Part shown: positions 27,924-37,282 of the stretch, piece by piece
Position numbering within the stretch: position 1 is the stretch's first letter
Layout: each line of letters begins with the position of its first letter
Source of the DNA: Candidatus Cloacimonadales bacterium
GTDB taxonomy: Bacteria; Cloacimonadota; Cloacimonadia; Cloacimonadales; JAFGVF01
Direction: 5' to 3'
Assembly (NCBI GenBank): GCA_963662585.1
Contig: OY759729.1
Location: 2,496,001 to 2,560,000, forward strand
DNA length: 64,000 bases
Program-made: the position numbers and the translations under genes
Notes under the pieces: generated by a model
The model's input: only the letters and a program-made list of their open reading frames with translations
Told to the model about the DNA's origin: nothing
Database searches by the model: none

Positions 27924-28355
27924 AATTTACTCCTTTTACTCCACATAGTTTTGAAAAGTTAATCATCACTGAAGCATTAAGCAATAGTGGAGATCAATAA
28001 TTCATTTTACAATATACTAACATATCCAAAGTCTTATTGGTAGACTTATTTTTCTACTAAAATATTATGGGTATTGTTAATTTATGATAAAACAATTTAA
28101 AGTATATTTTTTTTGTCAACAAAAATATCCCTAAATAGCTAATGATAATTTCTTTGCCTGAGAATAATCACATATCTAGTTAAGGGAAGTTTAGAGTTGC
28201 TAAGATAACTTATTCACTAATCAGAATAGTTTTCAGAAATATTCTTGTCATTAATGGTTTAATCCTAGACAGGGGAATTCAAAAAAGGCTTATGGAAAAG
28301 TAAGGTCTAAAAGTTAGATTTTGTTTTTAACTAAAGTGATTAATTAATATTAGCA

Positions 28356-28390
28356 GAAAAAAAAGAGTATGGAATGAACCATACTCTTAA
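28356..28390 (-). terminator. Terminator of beta-barrel paralog 2
   Basis: AAGAGTATGG...CCATACTCTT with an upstream A-run. Confidence 0.8.
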
Positions 28391-28408
28391 TATTTTAAAA
28401 TATCTAGT

Positions 28409-29572
28409 TTAGAATTTGTATTTAACAGAAATTTCAGAAGCTAAACCGTTAGACTTTCCACCTAAGAAGTTAGGTCCATCAAATAATAATTCTTGTTCTA
28501 ATACACTATCAACACAGAAGTTACCGAATGAGAAGGTTAAGCCTAAATTCATATAGTAATCTTTTTGGTAATATGTGCTTTCAGTATCATCTTGATTGTC
28601 ACTGAAATAGTTCACTTTATCAGTAACATGAGCATAAGATTGATGAGCACCCATTCTTCCAGTTAACCATGAAGTGATTTGTGATTCTACAGCAAGATTG
28701 TATTCAGGTAAGAAGAGGAAAATCATTTCGTCTTCTTGCTTAGTGGAATCATCGCCATTATAGGTGGTAGTTTTTTCAGTCATTGGATTATAAATAAATG
28801 GTGTTAAACCAAAGATGATCTTATTTTTATCATTAGGTTTAACTTGAAGACCAAATCCTAAATCTAAGATAGTATTTGTTATTTCTACATCATTAATTTT
28901 GGTCCCATCTAATTCTTCAAGGTTATATTCAGTCATATCCATAGCATATCCAGCTTGAACAATAACTTCTAAATTGTAGTCAAGAGTTACGATTTGTCTA
29001 GCATTAACTTCAAAAGCAGTATTAGTCATTTCAAAATATTCACCTGAATTAAGAACATCTTCTGCATTAGCCATTTCAACTCTGAAGCCAAAATCCATAT
29101 TATTAGCAGAATAACCACCAAAGAATGAATAGAAATTTGCCTTTGGTTCAACTGTTTTTGTTCCTTCAGCTAAGACATATTCTTCTTTAGCTTTATAATC
29201 TACTGCAGTACCGAAACCTACAGCAAAGATATCCATAAAACCAAGGTTAAATTCAACACTTTTAGGAATGTTTAAATCTGAACCATATTCTGGAATATCA
29301 AATCCTGTGTCTTTGTTTAAATAAACGCCTAATTTATAGGCAAGAATAGGAATATTTGCACTCATAGACCAGTTAGTGGATCCGCTGAATTGTTGTATTT
29401 CACCAACAGCCACACCACTATAATCAAATATAGTTGCTGGGTAGGTAAAGACATCAGTATCATCTTGAATTAGTCCGTAAGGGTTTCCTAAGCCACTCAT
29501 TCTACTTTGAGTTGCAAAAACAGTTGTGATAACAAATAAGCTGAGTAATGTAATAATTACTACTTTTTTCAT
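28409..29572 (-). CDS. Outer-membrane beta-barrel protein (paralog 2)
   Basis: Start reassigned to MKKVV at 29572 (AAGGAG RBS); termini nearly identical to paralog 1. Confidence 0.75.
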   Translation of the reverse strand: MKKVVIITLLSLFVITTVFATQSRMSGLGNPYGLIQDDTDVFTYPATIFDYSGVAVGEIQQFSGSTNWSMSANIPILAYKLGVYLNKDTGFDIPEYGSDLNIPKSVEFNLGFMDIFAVGFGTAVDYKAKEEYVLAEGTKTVEPKANFYSFFGGYSANNMDFGFRVEMANAEDVLNSGEYFEMTNTAFEVNARQIVTLDYNLEVIVQAGYAMDMTEYNLEELDGTKINDVEITNTILDLGFGLQVKPNDKNKIIFGLTPFIYNPMTEKTTTYNGDDSTKQEDEMIFLFLPEYNLAVESQITSWLTGRMGAHQSYAHVTDKVNYFSDNQDDTESTYYQKDYYMNLGLTFSFGNFCVDSVLEQELLFDGPNFLGGKSNGLASEISVKYKF

Positions 29573-29806
29573 AGTCGTACTCCTTTCCATGTACTTAATT
29601 TTTTTTTATAACTTTTGTGAAGGACGCATATAGTGTGGTGTTTATCCTTCATTTCACAAAATAAAATTAAAATTCTTATAGTGTCAATAAAAAAATCATA
29701 AATTAGCTATTTTACACAAATAAGGCAGGAGAACTTGGAGAGGAAAAAGAAATTTCTTGCCAGAAGTAAGCTCTAAAAATTTTCTTCATAAAGAAGGAGC
29801 TTGCTA

Positions 29807-30139
29807 ATGATAATTCAGATTTATGGTAATAAAAAATGTAAAGATACTCAAAAAGCACTTAGATTTTTCAAAGAGAGAAAAATAGATATTCAATTAATAG
29901 ATTTAACTCAAAAAGGTATGAGTCGAGGTGAAATTAAGAAAGTTGCTTTTGCGGTCGGGGTAGAAAATATGATTAATAAAGAATGTGATACTTTCCTTAA
30001 CAAAGGATTAAAATATGCTTCTTATGATGGTGAGGATATTCTTTTTAAGTACCCATTAATTACGGTAACTCCAATTGTTAGATGCGGAAGTAAAGCCAGT
30101 GTAGGCTATGCTCCAGAAGAGTGGAAGAAGATGCTTTAA
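29807..30139 (+). CDS. ArsC/Spx-family protein
   Basis: IQIYG.KKCKDTQKALRFFKER, TPIVR. Confidence 0.88.
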   Translation: MIIQIYGNKKCKDTQKALRFFKERKIDIQLIDLTQKGMSRGEIKKVAFAVGVENMINKECDTFLNKGLKYASYDGEDILFKYPLITVTPIVRCGSKASVGYAPEEWKKML

Positions 30140-30194
30140 TGGGGCTATTTCTGTTATAAGTAATTTGGATTAATTAGATAAAAAGGACTAAAGA

Positions 30195-30542
30195 ATGTAT
30201 TATTTAATAAAAGTTGCCATTACTGCAATCTTGGTTGTGATAATTTCCGAAGTATCCAAAAAAAGCTCAATAATAGCTGGGGTTTTGGCATCAATACCCT
30301 TGTTGTCTTTTATTGCATTATTTTGGATGTATTACGAAAACAAGGATTTAACAGTAATTATAAATTTTTCTAAAGCAATATTCTGGTTAGTAATTCCCTC
30401 TTTATTATTCTTTCTTGCTCTGCCTATTCTACTTAAAAAGGGAGTTAATTTCTATTTGTCGATGAGCATTTCGGCATCAGTGATGGTTTTATTTTATTAT
30501 CTAATGGTAGTGATTTTAAAAAGATTTAATATAACAATATAA
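30195..30542 (+). CDS. DUF3147-like membrane protein
   Basis: ISEVSKKS..IAGVLASIPL.S, IFWLVIPSL. Confidence 0.75.
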   Translation: MYYLIKVAITAILVVIISEVSKKSSIIAGVLASIPLLSFIALFWMYYENKDLTVIINFSKAIFWLVIPSLLFFLALPILLKKGVNFYLSMSISASVMVLFYYLMVVILKRFNITI

Positions 30543-30552
30543 AGGAGAAATT

Positions 30553-30900
30553 GTGGAAATTAAAAGATTTGAAGGAACTGGAAGAATGAGTAGGGTTGTG
30601 GAACATAGTGGGACTCTCTATTTATGTGGTCAGACTTTTGGAGATAGTGATAATATCAAAGAACAAACCAAGGGTGTTTTAGATAAAATAGATGATTTAT
30701 TAGCTAAATATGGTTCAGATAAAAGACATTTATTATCGGTTACTATCTATTTAAGAGATATGAAAGACTTTGCTGTAATGAATGAATTGTGGGATAGTTG
30801 GGTTGAATCAGGTTTTGAACCAGCTAGAGCTACAGTTGAAGCAAGATTAGCCCGTGAAACTTTACTGGTTGAAATGTCAGTTATTGCCACCAAAAAGTAA
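30553..30900 (+). CDS. RidA/YjgF-family protein
   Basis: RMSRVV, LYLCGQ, MNELWDSW, PARATVEARLA, LVEMSVIA. Confidence 0.92.
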   Translation: MEIKRFEGTGRMSRVVEHSGTLYLCGQTFGDSDNIKEQTKGVLDKIDDLLAKYGSDKRHLLSVTIYLRDMKDFAVMNELWDSWVESGFEPARATVEARLARETLLVEMSVIATKK

Positions 30901-30902
30901 TA

Positions 30903-31745
30903 ATGAAACAGATTAACCTGCAAGAAATAGAAGAAGAGCTTTATCAAGAAATTGGAAAGGTGGGGATTGTTTTAGATTCTCAAGTGAAGAAAAAGTTGGA
31001 ATGCTCACTTGAAAATGAGACCAGTCCTTTAGCCAAGGAAATTCTCTCCGATATTTTGCTCAATGGACAAGTAGCTGAAGATCTTCAGAAACCTCTTTGC
31101 CAGGATACTGGAGTAGCTGTATTTTTTATAGAAGTTGGCTCAGACTTATGCTTTTTGGGTTCATTGCAAGAAACTATTGATTCAGCAGTAAGAAGAGCTT
31201 ATCAAGACTTCTATTTTCGCAAATCCATGGTAGAAGATCCCATTTTTCAAAGAAGAAACACCAAGAATAATCTACCAGCAATAATTCATTGGAGCTATAA
31301 TTCAGGGGATAAACTGAAAATATCTTTTGCTGCTAAAGGTGGAGGTTCGGAGAATATGAGTAGATTGAAGATGCTCAAACCTTCAGATGGTGTAACAGGA
31401 GTGAAAGATTTCGTCCTTGAAACTGTTAAACTAGCTAAGAGTAATCCTTGTCCTCCCATTATCGTTGGGGTTGGTGTAGGTGGTAATTTCGAGACTTGTG
31501 CCTTGCTTGCTAAGAAGTCACTCTTCAGAAGTCTTACTGATTCTCATCCTCAAGCTCAATGGGCAAATCTAGAAGCTGAACTTCTGCAAGAGATTAATAA
31601 GACAAATATTGGACCTCAAGGCTTAGGTGGTAATACTACTGCTCTTTCTGTTAAAGTAGAATATCTTCCTTGTCACATTGCATCACTTCCAGTAGCTGTA
31701 AATATTCAATGTCATTCTCATCGCCATTTCACCTTAACATTCTAA
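30903..31745 (+). CDS. Class I Fe-S fumarate hydratase / tartrate dehydratase, alpha subunit
   Basis: PLCQDTG, KGGGSENMS, NPCPP, GPQGLGG, CHIASLPVAVNIQCH. Confidence 0.93.
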   Translation: MKQINLQEIEEELYQEIGKVGIVLDSQVKKKLECSLENETSPLAKEILSDILLNGQVAEDLQKPLCQDTGVAVFFIEVGSDLCFLGSLQETIDSAVRRAYQDFYFRKSMVEDPIFQRRNTKNNLPAIIHWSYNSGDKLKISFAAKGGGSENMSRLKMLKPSDGVTGVKDFVLETVKLAKSNPCPPIIVGVGVGGNFETCALLAKKSLFRSLTDSHPQAQWANLEAELLQEINKTNIGPQGLGGNTTALSVKVEYLPCHIASLPVAVNIQCHSHRHFTLTF

Positions 31746-31756
31746 GAGGTTTATTT

Positions 31757-32278
31757 ATGGAAATTCATACTCCACTAACTATTGACAAGTGTATAGCTCT
31801 CAAAGCCGGTGATAAAATATATCTGACAGGTACGATTTATACAGCTCGAGATCAAGCTCATAAAAGAATTGTAGAAGCAATTACCAGAGGTGAAGAAATT
31901 CCTTTTCCCTTGCAAGATAATATAATATTTTATGTAGGTCCTACTCCTGCTAAACCCAATGAAGTAATCGGTTCTGCTGGTCCTACAACTAGTTACAGAA
32001 TGGATACTTATACTCCTTTTCTTTTGGATAGAGGATTAAAGGGAATGATTGGTAAAGGTGAAAGATCTATTCAAGTAATAGACTCTATTATCAAGAATAA
32101 AGCTGTCTATTTAGTTGCTATCGGTGGAGCTGGTGCTTTACTCTCATCTTCTATTCAAGATGCTGAAGTGATAGCTTATCCTGATTTAGGTCCAGAAGCA
32201 GTATTCAAACTTAAAGTTGAGAAATTTCCCTGTTTCGTAGCAATAGACACTGAGGGTAATAATCTATTCAGTGATTGA
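31757..32278 (+). CDS. Class I Fe-S fumarate hydratase, beta subunit
   Basis: TARDQAHKR, GSAGPTTSYRMD, GMIGKG; start reassigned to ATG 31757. Confidence 0.93.
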   Translation: MEIHTPLTIDKCIALKAGDKIYLTGTIYTARDQAHKRIVEAITRGEEIPFPLQDNIIFYVGPTPAKPNEVIGSAGPTTSYRMDTYTPFLLDRGLKGMIGKGERSIQVIDSIIKNKAVYLVAIGGAGALLSSSIQDAEVIAYPDLGPEAVFKLKVEKFPCFVAIDTEGNNLFSD

Positions 32279-32310
32279 AGTCTATTAATTCCTACTCTGC
32301 AAAGTCTTAT

Positions 32311-32340
32311 TATGGAGTGGAAGTGTCAGTGCTTTCACTC
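32311..32340. repeat. Small palindromic REP-like element (family D)
   Basis: TATGGAGTGGAAGTGTCAGTGCTTTCACTC; related copy TATGGAGTGGAAGCGTCTCTGCTTCCAC at 38941-38968. Confidence 0.55.
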
Positions 32341-32427
32341 TGAATATTATTTTTTAGCCTAAGTTATTTAGAAAATAAATAATCCCCCAAAAAATCTTCC
32401 TTGACTAAAAATCTGCTATTATAAAAA

Positions 32428-32453
32428 TGAACTCAAAATAGATGTGGAGTTCA
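32428..32453. promoter_or_regulatory. Candidate TetR operator
   Basis: TGAACTC-N12-GAGTTCA between TTGACT (32401) and the start codon, overlapping the RBS. Confidence 0.45.
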
Positions 32454-32456
32454 ATT

Positions 32457-33023
32457 ATGAAGGTAGAGAACAATGAAATTATTGATTTAGTATTTGTTAA
32501 AGCTAAGACACTAATACTAACTAATGGCTTGAAAAACTTGAATATGGATGAATTAGCGAAAGAGTGCAATCTTGCCAAAGCAACTCTTTACAAGATTATT
32601 GGTAGTAAGGCAGAATTGGTAGGTAAGATAGCCATCTACTTTTTTGAAAATACCTTTGCTAAGTTCTATAATTTTTACTTAGAATCTCCATCTTTAGAGA
32701 AATTAGTTGAAGAGAGTTTAAACTCAATTGAAGAATTATCCGTTGGTAAATTGAGAATTTTAATAAAAGAGATTTATGTTGAATACCCCCATATTAAGGC
32801 AGAGATTGAGGAGTATATAATTAATTTAGAAGATAAGTTCTATAATCTTTTTAGGAAATATCAAATTGATGGTTTAATTACTAAAGATATAAACTTAAGA
32901 TTACTTATCGAGATAATTAGAAAAACACTTCAGACATCAGTCAACAGTGAAGATAGTGATGAAATAATCAAAGAGAAAATAAATATATTCAATAAACTAA
33001 TAATTAGAGGCTTACAGAAGTAG
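32457..33023 (+). CDS. TetR/AcrR-family regulator
   Basis: GLKNLNMDELAKECNLAKATLYK.IGSK HTH; start at ATG 32457 after GGAG. Confidence 0.88.
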   Translation: MKVENNEIIDLVFVKAKTLILTNGLKNLNMDELAKECNLAKATLYKIIGSKAELVGKIAIYFFENTFAKFYNFYLESPSLEKLVEESLNSIEELSVGKLRILIKEIYVEYPHIKAEIEEYIINLEDKFYNLFRKYQIDGLITKDINLRLLIEIIRKTLQTSVNSEDSDEIIKEKINIFNKLIIRGLQK

Positions 33024-33033
33024 GAGGATGCAA

Positions 33034-34143
33034 ATGAACATTAACAAGAATATCACAAAAGCAAAATTACTTATCCTAATAGTGATTGCCTTAAGCATCT
33101 TAGGGTGTAAAAGCGAAAATGAAGTCAAGAGTGCAAGTAGCAAACTTGTGAAATTATATGAAATAGAGGATCTTACAACTACAAAAGTTCGTAATTTTGC
33201 AGGAAGTGTTGTGGAAGGTAAAAAAGCAAATCTATCTTTTAGAATTTCCGCTCCAATAGAGAAAATACTAGTTGAAGAAGGTCAATTCGTAGATAAGGGA
33301 CAAGTGATAGCTAAGCTTGATGCTCGTGATTACCAGCTTCAGTACCAAGCAGTAAAAGCTCAGTATGAACAGATTTCTAATGAAGTTGAGCGGATAGAAA
33401 CTCTCTACAATAAAGGAAACATTTCTGAAAATGATTATGAAAAAGCGAAGTCAGGCTTAGAGCAGATTACAGCAAAATACGAGAGTGTGGAGAATTCACT
33501 TGAGGATATTGAGTTGATAGCACCTTATTCTGCTTTCATTCAAGATATATTCTTTCAAGAAGGCGAAATTGTTAAAGCTGGACTTCCAGTAATTTCAATC
33601 ATAGGTGATAAAGATTTCCAAATTGAGTGTGATATTCCTGCTTTAGTCTATGTGAATAGAGATAAATTCTCTTCATTTACTGTAATATTAGAGACTTCTC
33701 CAAAGAAGAAGATACCCTTAGAATTGCTTAACATCAAGCATAAATCTAATTTAAATTCTCTCTATGGTGTCTATTTTAAATTAAGTAATAGTGCTGAAAT
33801 AGATAGTCGTTTAGCAGTTGGAATGGATTGTGAAGTTGAGATAACTTATGAATTAGAAATAGATGAAAATGAAAGAGTCATAAAAGTTCCTATTGAGTCT
33901 ATAGTACAGAAAGCAGGTGAAAGTTTTGTGTGGTTATGTAATGAAAATTCTGAAGGTAAATATATTGTAAATAAAAGAGATATAAGTATTGTCGGGATTG
34001 ATGATAGTGGATTTGTTTTAATTAGTGATGGACTTCGTGCAGGGGATAAGATTGTTAAAGCTGGTGTTCACGAGCTTAAAGATAAGCAGGAAGTTGAGCC
34101 AGTAAAAGAAATAACTCCAACTAATTATGGAGGTCTATTATGA
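33034..34143 (+). CDS. RND efflux membrane-fusion protein
   Basis: Lipobox LGC, LSFRI, VEEGQFVDKGQVIAKLD, LIAPY, GLRAGDKIV. Confidence 0.92.
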   Translation: MNINKNITKAKLLILIVIALSILGCKSENEVKSASSKLVKLYEIEDLTTTKVRNFAGSVVEGKKANLSFRISAPIEKILVEEGQFVDKGQVIAKLDARDYQLQYQAVKAQYEQISNEVERIETLYNKGNISENDYEKAKSGLEQITAKYESVENSLEDIELIAPYSAFIQDIFFQEGEIVKAGLPVISIIGDKDFQIECDIPALVYVNRDKFSSFTVILETSPKKKIPLELLNIKHKSNLNSLYGVYFKLSNSAEIDSRLAVGMDCEVEITYELEIDENERVIKVPIESIVQKAGESFVWLCNENSEGKYIVNKRDISIVGIDDSGFVLISDGLRAGDKIVKAGVHELKDKQEVEPVKEITPTNYGGLL

Positions 34144-37100
34144 ATCTCACCGATTTTGCTTTTAAAAACAAGCGAATCGTCTATTTCCTCATCTTAATTC
34201 TTTCTTTAGGTGGAATAGTAAGTTTCTATTTTATCAGCAAGTTAGAAGACCCTGAAATTAAAGTTAAGAAGGCAGTGGTAGTTACTTATTATCCAGGAGC
34301 TAATCCTAACCAAGTAGAGCTAGAAGTAACAAAAGTAATAGAAGATGAAATAGCCACAATGGGTGATTTAGAGAAGGTAACTTCCCGCTCTTTAGCAAAT
34401 TATTCTGAGATTCAAATATCTTTAAAATCAACTGTTAAAGATTCTGAAGTAGAACAGAAGTGGGATATTCTGCGTCGTAAGGCAGAAAGAGCAGCTTTAA
34501 GCTTACCTTCAGGAGCATATTCTCCTGTGGTTGTGGATGATTTTGGTGATATTTATGGTATTTTTTATGCAATGACTGCTGATGGCTATTCTTATGAAGA
34601 GATGAAAGATTTTTCTGAACGAATCAAGCGCGATCTTTTAGGTGTGGAAGGTGTTAGGCGAGTTTTACTTAATGGTGTTCAAGATTACGCTATCTATGTT
34701 GAGATGCATCCCTCTAAAATGGCTAACTTAGGTGTTTTACCTGCGGAAATATTACTAACAGTTCAGGCTCAAGATAAAGTTGTTTATGCAGGATACTTTG
34801 AGAATGATGATAGTAGAATCAGATTAGAAATCGGCAATAGCTTTGATTCCATAAGCGATATTGAAAATCTTGTTATCAAGGGACATGAGCAAGATATGCT
34901 TCTCTTGAAAGATATTGCCAATGTGGAAAAAAGAATAAAAACTCCCATTAGTAAGAAGATGTTATATAACGACCAAGAATCTATAGGGATTTCTATTTCT
35001 ATGGAAGCAGGTGATAACATTGTAGAGCTGGGTAAGAGGGTAGAAGCCCAATTGGCAATAACCAAGCAAGAACTTCCAATAGGAATAGAATTTCACAAAG
35101 TTTTTTATCAACCAGAGAAGGTAAATGTTGCTGTATGGCAATTTATGTCTAATTTACTTCAATCAATTTTAATAGTTATCCTAGTTTTGCTCTTTACTAT
35201 GGGTTTCAAGAGTGGTATCTTAATAGGAAAAGGACTTATCTATACTATTCTTTCATCTTTTGTCGTATTATTTGTCTTAGGGGGTACTTTACAAAGAGTT
35301 TCTTTGGCCTCAATTATCGTTGCCATGGGAATGCTGGTAGATAATGCGATTGTGGTAGTAGATGGAATATTAGTAGATTTGAATCGAGGAATGGAACGCA
35401 AGCAAGCTATGAGGAATACAGCTAAAAAAACTGCTCTTCCCTTGCTAGGAGCTACAATGATTGCTATCATTTCATTTCTTCCTATCTTCTTTTCTCCTGA
35501 TACCGCAGGGACTTATACCCGTGATTTATTTATCGTTCTAGCAGTTACTTTACTTTTTAGTTGGGTTTTTGCCCTTACACAAATACCCTTAGGAGCAGAT
35601 AGAAAACTCTTCCCAGCCAAAAAAGGAAAAGATGGTAAGACAAAGAAAGAAAATGATTCTCTTTTTTATAGAACTTTCAAATTAGTCTTAAATAGAGCTT
35701 TCAGACTTAGAGGTGCAGCAATAGGAATAGCAGTTCTTCTACTTCTAATATCACTTTTTTCTTTTAAATATATTAAAAAAGCTTTCTTCCCTGATTTCAC
35801 CTATAATCAAGTCTATATTGAATATAAATTACCTGAGACCCGCAAGATTGAGAGAGTGGCGTCTGACCTAAAAGAGATAAGTACTTATCTTCAAGGTATA
35901 GAAGGAATTACTAATATTACTACTAGTTTAGGCGGAACCCCAACTCGTTATAACTTAGTCAGAACTATTTCCGAGAATACTAAGAGTTATGGTGAGTTAA
36001 TCGTTGACTTTAAAGATTATGAGACAATGATTTCTCTTAAAGATAAAATCCAGACTCATCTAATAAATTATTATCCAGAAGCTAAAGCTAGAGTGAGATT
36101 ATATAATCTTATCGTGAATAGTCATTATTCTGTCGAAGCTTTATTTAAAGGTAATGATGTGGCAGTTCTCAAGCAGTTAGCAGATCAAGCCAAAGATATT
36201 ATGCGGAACTCTCCTTATGCCATGAGCGTAACTGATGATTGGGAAGCTCAAGGAAAGCTTCTAGCTGTGGATTATAATCAAAGAAAGGGCAGAAGAGTAG
36301 GTATTGATAGAACCGAGGTCGCAACTTCTCTTTTGATGGCTACAGATGGTGCACCTGTAAGTACTTACTATGAAGGGAATAAACAGCTTCCTATAATAGT
36401 AAAGTCTGTAGAATCAGATGGCTCTAGAATAAAGGATTTAAAAGATGTTCCTGTTTGGAGTATTATGCCCAATTTAGAAGTTGATAAAGATGAACTTAAA
36501 CTACTCTTTAGTGGGGCAAGATCCTTAGATGAAGTTAAGAAGTCTGTTTTGAGTAGTTCACCTTTAAGCTCAGTTTCAGATGATATAGCTATTAATTCTT
36601 ATGAAGAAGTTATAAGAAGACATAACGGTTCTCGAGCAATTATGGCCCAATGTGATCCTGCTCCTGCTTCAAATGCTAACGAGCTTTTTAAGGATGTGAA
36701 GTCTAAGATAGAAGCAATGGACCTTCCGACTGGTTACTCCTTGGAGTGGTATGGAGAACAGTATGATCAGAAAAGTGCTATGAAATATATCATTATGTTT
36801 ACTCCAATTGCCTTTATTCTGATAATCTTGATTTTAATCGCTCTTTTCAATAGTTATGCTAAGATGTTCGCTATTCTTTTATGCTTACCATTTGCTATGA
36901 TTGGAGTTATCCCTGGTTTAATCATTACCGGAAAAGAGTTTGGTTTTGTCGCAATAGTAGGGGTTATTGGTTTAACAGGTATGCTGATTAAAAATGGCGT
37001 GGTTTTGATAGATTCTATCGACTTCGATATAAAATCAGGTAAACTTCCTTTTAAAGCTGTTTTTGATTCGGCAATTGCCAGATTCAGACCTGTGATGATG

Positions 37101-37280
37101 GCTTCCTTAACAACTATTTTAGGAATGATTCCTCTAATCCCAGACCCAATGTTTGGAAGTCTCGCTGTAACAATAATGTGTGGTTTATTAGTGGGAACTT
37201 TGGTAACCCTAATTCTACTACCACTGCTCTACACAATATTCTTCAATATCCATCCAATGCACGACTATAAAGGAGAATAA
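34140..37280 (+). CDS. RND efflux permease (AcrB-like)
   Basis: GMLVDNAIVV, RFRPVMMASLTTILGMIPL; 1046 aa. Confidence 0.95.
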   Translation: MNLTDFAFKNKRIVYFLILILSLGGIVSFYFISKLEDPEIKVKKAVVVTYYPGANPNQVELEVTKVIEDEIATMGDLEKVTSRSLANYSEIQISLKSTVKDSEVEQKWDILRRKAERAALSLPSGAYSPVVVDDFGDIYGIFYAMTADGYSYEEMKDFSERIKRDLLGVEGVRRVLLNGVQDYAIYVEMHPSKMANLGVLPAEILLTVQAQDKVVYAGYFENDDSRIRLEIGNSFDSISDIENLVIKGHEQDMLLLKDIANVEKRIKTPISKKMLYNDQESIGISISMEAGDNIVELGKRVEAQLAITKQELPIGIEFHKVFYQPEKVNVAVWQFMSNLLQSILIVILVLLFTMGFKSGILIGKGLIYTILSSFVVLFVLGGTLQRVSLASIIVAMGMLVDNAIVVVDGILVDLNRGMERKQAMRNTAKKTALPLLGATMIAIISFLPIFFSPDTAGTYTRDLFIVLAVTLLFSWVFALTQIPLGADRKLFPAKKGKDGKTKKENDSLFYRTFKLVLNRAFRLRGAAIGIAVLLLLISLFSFKYIKKAFFPDFTYNQVYIEYKLPETRKIERVASDLKEISTYLQGIEGITNITTSLGGTPTRYNLVRTISENTKSYGELIVDFKDYETMISLKDKIQTHLINYYPEAKARVRLYNLIVNSHYSVEALFKGNDVAVLKQLADQAKDIMRNSPYAMSVTDDWEAQGKLLAVDYNQRKGRRVGIDRTEVATSLLMATDGAPVSTYYEGNKQLPIIVKSVESDGSRIKDLKDVPVWSIMPNLEVDKDELKLLFSGARSLDEVKKSVLSSSPLSSVSDDIAINSYEEVIRRHNGSRAIMAQCDPAPASNANELFKDVKSKIEAMDLPTGYSLEWYGEQYDQKSAMKYIIMFTPIAFILIILILIALFNSYAKMFAILLCLPFAMIGVIPGLIITGKEFGFVAIVGVIGLTGMLIKNGVVLIDSIDFDIKSGKLPFKAVFDSAIARFRPVMMASLTTILGMIPLIPDPMFGSLAVTIMCGLLVGTLVTLILLPLLYTIFFNIHPMHDYKGE

Positions 37281-37282
37281 TA

